Shown: in pieces, positions 28,327 to 32,000 of the stretch | How positions within the stretch are numbered: the first letter of the stretch is position 1 | Layout: each line of letters begins with the position of its first letter | From: an uncultured bacterium | GTDB lineage: Bacteria > Patescibacteriota > Gracilibacteria > UBA1369 > PNNO01 | Direction of reading: 5' to 3' | NCBI GenBank assembly: GCA_963704705.1 | Contig: OY969931.1 | Span: 450,001-482,000, forward strand | DNA: 32,000 nucleotides | Translations under genes and position numbers: made by a program | The notes under the pieces: model-generated | Seen by the model: the letters and a program-made list of their open reading frames with translations, nothing else | What the model was told of the DNA's origin: nothing | The model's database searches: none

Positions 28327-29823
28327 ATGCCTTTAAGACAAACACCAAATCAGAGTCCGGAACAAAAGGACTCTAAAGAAACACAGTTAGGAAGAACCAA
28401 GGAAAGAATTGGTATGCTTCTTAAAAATCCAAATTTAAGTCAGCAAAAAAAAGAAAGACTTGTAAGCCTTTTGCAAAGAATGGATGCAAGAAAAACTGAA
28501 ATTAAAAAGGAGACTTTATCACGAATAAACAGAAAAATTGAATCAATTACAGGAAGAGATAGAATTACAATGATGAAAGAGGTTATAAGTAGTAATTATG
28601 ATCAAATCAAAAACGGAAATCTTTCTTCATTCCCAAAATTATTTTCACTTTTAAGATCTGATAGAGTTCCGCTTAAGTTTAAAGATCTAGCTCTTTACCG
28701 TTTAAAGAATAAACTTTTCATGAAAGATGAAACAGGAAGTTACACTTTTGATTTAAAAGCAAATGCAAATAAAAACTGGGAAGTTTGGTACAAAGGCAGA
28801 AAACTTGCATCAAATCCTCAAAATACAAAAAGACTGGCTCTTGAAGGGCTTAATGAAGGAAGTATGGCTGAAAGAGAAAGGAATTTTCGATTCAATGAAC
28901 AGCCAGTTTCTGAAATTAAATCAGCAGTTGTAGCTAAAGCTGTAAAAGAGAGAATGCAACAAATTACACAAAAGCCAGAAAAAAAGATAATCGAAGATAT
29001 CCATAAATTCAGTGAAACAACAGCAACAAGTGCAGGACCTCTTCCTGAGTCTTTAATTAATTATGCAAAGGGACTTAATAAAGAAACAGCTATATTAAGA
29101 GGCAATTATAAGCGTGAAAACGGACAGCCAATTGAATACGCTGTTTATATCAGATCAAAAGTTGCGGGCGGGAAAAAGGTTTATGAATTTGATATTCAGA
29201 GTTTTGATAAGTACGCAGTAAAAAAAGTAAGAACAAGAGTTCAAAGATATTGGCCTTCAGCTAACGAAGCTCAGGTTGCATCTTATTTTAAAAAGGAAAC
29301 CGGAAGTCAGGTTGCAATGAAAGAAGATCTTAAAAGTAGAGTTTCACCTACTGCAACAGCAACAACTACACCACCTGAAAGAGTTGCAGCTAAATCTAAA
29401 AATGATGAGAACCTAAGATTACTAAAGCAAATCCCTAAGAGCAAAGAAGAAGTTAAAAACCAACCTTTAACTGCTGACAAATATCGCGAAGGTTTACAAA
29501 AAGAAGTTTCAAAAGTGCTTAATGGTCTTAAAAATCCACGAAATCTTTACAATAGACTTATTGAAGAGCGTGGTGATGAATTAAATTCAATGACAAGAGA
29601 ACAAAAAAGCAGGGTTTATCAGGAAATTTCAAATACTGTTACAAAATTTATTACAACAATGCGAAATTTTGCTAAAGAATTAGATAAAGGTCAGTTAAAA
29701 ACAATCGCTGATATGAATCAAAGATATAAAAATGCATTAAGTATTTTGCCATCAAACAGCAGACAAAGAGAAGTTTACGCAAACAGGTTAGATAGAGTGA
29801 AAGGTTCAGCATCTCAGGCTTAA
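28327..29823 (+). CDS. Hypothetical large charged protein
   Basis: 498 aa, K/R/E/Q-rich, no signal peptide, one folded-looking middle region (GNYKRENGQPIEYAVYIRSKVAGGKKVYEFDIQSFDKYAVKK). Confidence 0.65.
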   Translation: MPLRQTPNQSPEQKDSKETQLGRTKERIGMLLKNPNLSQQKKERLVSLLQRMDARKTEIKKETLSRINRKIESITGRDRITMMKEVISSNYDQIKNGNLSSFPKLFSLLRSDRVPLKFKDLALYRLKNKLFMKDETGSYTFDLKANANKNWEVWYKGRKLASNPQNTKRLALEGLNEGSMAERERNFRFNEQPVSEIKSAVVAKAVKERMQQITQKPEKKIIEDIHKFSETTATSAGPLPESLINYAKGLNKETAILRGNYKRENGQPIEYAVYIRSKVAGGKKVYEFDIQSFDKYAVKKVRTRVQRYWPSANEAQVASYFKKETGSQVAMKEDLKSRVSPTATATTTPPERVAAKSKNDENLRLLKQIPKSKEEVKNQPLTADKYREGLQKEVSKVLNGLKNPRNLYNRLIEERGDELNSMTREQKSRVYQEISNTVTKFITTMRNFAKELDKGQLKTIADMNQRYKNALSILPSNSRQREVYANRLDRVKGSASQA

Positions 29824-29829
29824 TAAATC

Positions 29830-29858
29830 CTGACAATAAAGTTAATTTGTGCTAAATT
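29830..29858 (+). promoter_or_regulatory. Putative promoter (CTGACA - 17 bp - TAAATT)
   Basis: CTGACA 29830-29835, TAAATT 29853-29858, upstream of the YccA-like gene at 29894. Confidence 0.4.
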
Positions 29859-29893
29859 GTGCTAGCTAATTTATTTAGTTAACACAATTTTAT

Positions 29894-30568
29894 ATGCAAC
29901 AACAATCAGATATATTCACAGGTAGCAAGGCTGAAATTAAACCTACATTTTTTGGAAAAGTAATGTTTGCATTTGCTCTGGCAATTTTAGTTTCTACTCT
30001 TGGAGTATGGGCTGGATTTACATATTTAATAGAATTTTTTGTGAGTTCACCATGGCTCATTTGGGTATTTTTTGCAGGGGAATTGATATTAATATTTACA
30101 TCAGTTGCATGGAGCAGAAAAAAGCCTTTGAACTATGTTTTATTTAGTTTATTCGCTTTTTTAACCGGGTTAACAGTAACACCTTTGCTTCTTGTAGCTT
30201 CTGCTACTGCTGGTTCAGGAGTTGTTGTTAAAGCTTTGCTGGCAACAGTTTTTATGTTTACCGCAGCGGGTTTAATCGGATGGACTACAAAAAAATCATT
30301 GGCTGGCATGGGCGGATTTTTAATTATCTCATTAATTGGAATGATTATTGTTGGAATAATTGGAATATTTATCCCATGGAGTTCGACTTTTGAAATGATA
30401 TATTCCGGAATTGGAGTTTTATTGTTTAGTGGATTTGCAATGTATGATTTTCAAAGAATTAAAAGTTTTCCTGAAGACAGATATATTGATGCTGCAATGC
30501 ATTTATATTTAGATATATTTAATTTATTTATATTTATTTTACGACTTATTCTTAGTCAAAAATCATGA
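29894..30568 (+). CDS. Bax inhibitor-1 / YccA family membrane protein
   Basis: 224 aa with seven hydrophobic helices; YSGIGVLLFSGFAMYDFQRIK and AAMHLYLDIFNLFIFILRLI are hallmark BI-1 C-terminal motifs. Confidence 0.92.
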   Translation: MQQQSDIFTGSKAEIKPTFFGKVMFAFALAILVSTLGVWAGFTYLIEFFVSSPWLIWVFFAGELILIFTSVAWSRKKPLNYVLFSLFAFLTGLTVTPLLLVASATAGSGVVVKALLATVFMFTAAGLIGWTTKKSLAGMGGFLIISLIGMIIVGIIGIFIPWSSTFEMIYSGIGVLLFSGFAMYDFQRIKSFPEDRYIDAAMHLYLDIFNLFIFILRLILSQKS

Positions 30569-31140
30569 AGCAAAAAGATTTTACATTTCAGATCGGGGAT
30601 TTGGTTAGGGGCCCTCAGGGCACCAAATTTACATTTGAATTAGATGAAGAAAATTCATTGATTGAACCTGAAGAGGATTTTAAGCCAAAAGGTAATATTA
30701 CTGGTAAGATTTCTTTTATGAAATTGGATGACGGGATATTAGCTGAAATCCATGATTTGGGGCTTGATGTGGAGTTTAATTGCAATAAATGCAGGACAGA
30801 TTTTATTAAGAAAATTAAAGTTCAGAATGCTGACAGAGTTTATTTTTTTGAGAAGCAGCGTGGGATTCAGGATTTAATGGATATTTTTTATGTTGATTTA
30901 AAGAATATGGAGATTGATGCGAGTGATTTTATAAGACAAGAAATTATCTTGCATTTTCCTATGATTCCAGTATGCTCTAATAGCTGTAAAGGGCTTTGCC
31001 CTAAGTGCGGGACCAATTTAAACAAGAAAAGTTGCAACTGCAAAACAGACAGCGATCTAAAAGATCATGAAAAACCATTAGCAATACTTAAACAGTTATA
31101 CAATGCCAAAACATCCAGTTCCGAAGAAAAAGACAGCTAA
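30565..31140 (+). CDS. DUF177 / YceD family protein
   Basis: 191 aa; CNKCRTDFIKKI.. and CSNSCKGLCPKCGTNLNKKSCNC, located directly before rpmF as is typical. Confidence 0.85.
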   Translation: MKQKDFTFQIGDLVRGPQGTKFTFELDEENSLIEPEEDFKPKGNITGKISFMKLDDGILAEIHDLGLDVEFNCNKCRTDFIKKIKVQNADRVYFFEKQRGIQDLMDIFYVDLKNMEIDASDFIRQEIILHFPMIPVCSNSCKGLCPKCGTNLNKKSCNCKTDSDLKDHEKPLAILKQLYNAKTSSSEEKDS

Positions 31141-31342
31141 GTCGACAAGTAAAACCAGATACAGCACTTTTGAAAGGCTTACTCGAAAAAAGCTTGAGAA
31201 TAGTGTAAATTTAACCAAATGTCCTGATTGCGGTGCTACAAAACTTATTCATCATGTTTGCGAAGAATGCGGCAAATATAAAGGACGTCAGGTTAAAAAT
31301 CTTCAAAAGAAGATTGAAAAAATCACGAAAGTAAAAGCGTAA
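31103..31342 (+). CDS. rpmF: 50S ribosomal protein L32
   Basis: 79 aa; HPVPKKKTAKSTSKTRYS followed by CPDCGATKLIHHVCEECGKYKGRQV zinc ribbon. Confidence 0.93.
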   Translation: MPKHPVPKKKTAKSTSKTRYSTFERLTRKKLENSVNLTKCPDCGATKLIHHVCEECGKYKGRQVKNLQKKIEKITKVKA

Positions 31343-31351
31343 TTTGAAAAA

Positions 31352-31807
31352 ATGGCAAGTTATCGGCATCTCGCGAGAATTGCAGTGATGCAAACAATAT
31401 TCGAATATGAATTCCTCCAGAATTTAGAAGAAAAGAAAGAACTGGACGTTAAAAGCATGCTTGCCTATAATATTCGTCAATTATCCGGAAAAATCCAGGA
31501 TAAGTCTTTTTCAAACGAAACTTTGGATGGTGTGATTAAAAATTTAAAGAAAATCCATAAAATTATTACTGAAAACGCACCTGAATGGCCAGTTGATAAA
31601 ATCGCGCCTGTTGATCGTGCGATTCTTGAAATTGGTGTTTATGAAGTGGTTTTTTCAAAAGAGGTGCCACCGGTTGTTGCGATTAACGAAGCAATCGAAA
31701 TTGCTAAAGTTTATGGTGATACAAACTCCCCAAAATTTATAAATGGAGTTTTAAGCGCTGTAATGACAAAACATAACAAAAAAAATAATGGTAAAAAAAG
31801 TAAATAG
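31352..31807 (+). CDS. nusB: Transcription antitermination factor NusB
   Basis: 151 aa; [68 protein letters not shown]. Confidence 0.94.
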   Translation: MASYRHLARIAVMQTIFEYEFLQNLEEKKELDVKSMLAYNIRQLSGKIQDKSFSNETLDGVIKNLKKIHKIITENAPEWPVDKIAPVDRAILEIGVYEVVFSKEVPPVVAINEAIEIAKVYGDTNSPKFINGVLSAVMTKHNKKNNGKKSK

Positions 31808-32000
31808 ATATGCTGAATTGGAAAAACAGCTCGCAATAACCTTTATTGATAAAGATTTGTTGGATCATGCTTTTATTCATAAATCTTTTATGAATGAATA
31901 TAAAGGTGATGATAAATCAGATAATGAACGTCTCGAATTTTTAGGTGATGCTGTTTTGGAATTGGCGGTTACTGAATATTTATTTAAAACCTATTCAAAA
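31788..32000 (+). CDS. rnc: Ribonuclease III, N-terminal fragment (3' truncated by window)
   Basis: ATG 31788 gives [71 protein letters not shown]; RNase III signature [14 protein letters not shown]. Confidence 0.93.
   Translation, partial: MVKKVNRYAELEKQLAITFIDKDLLDHAFIHKSFMNEYKGDDKSDNERLEFLGDAVLELAVTEYLFKTYSK

Overview
This AT-rich 32 kb window looks like an ordinary, tightly packed bacterial chromosome segment of Candidate Phyla Radiation type; Patescibacteria, perhaps Peregrinibacteria-like, is an inference only. Standard code 11 fits: TGA serves as the stop of the YccA-like gene. Housekeeping genes with recognisable signatures are mnmA (3' end), ligA, dnaX, polX, mtaB, ddl, rpmF, nusB and rnc (5' end). 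There are also two GT4 glycosyltransferases, a ComF-like phosphoribosyltransferase, a sortase, an SLH/FN3 envelope protein, a PKD protein, a Bax inhibitor-1/YccA protein, a DUF177/YceD protein, a thioredoxin-like protein and an HNH protein. A PilM-like ATPase is paired with a large single-pass membrane protein. The most interesting accessory spot is a HTH + Doc/Fic toxin-antitoxin-like pair. Its upstream region holds four GTTAAC boxes in perfect dyad geometry (also a 29-bp tandem repeat), directly preceded by an 8-bp perfect hairpin. Other notable points are an ungapped paralogy between two otherwise unrecognised low-complexity-tailed proteins 17 kb apart, a GC-rich in-frame insert with an inverted repeat inside dnaX, and a likely leaderless gene. 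I found no CRISPR array, no tRNA/rRNA, no transposase and no convincing prophage. I see no clearly new multi-gene system.
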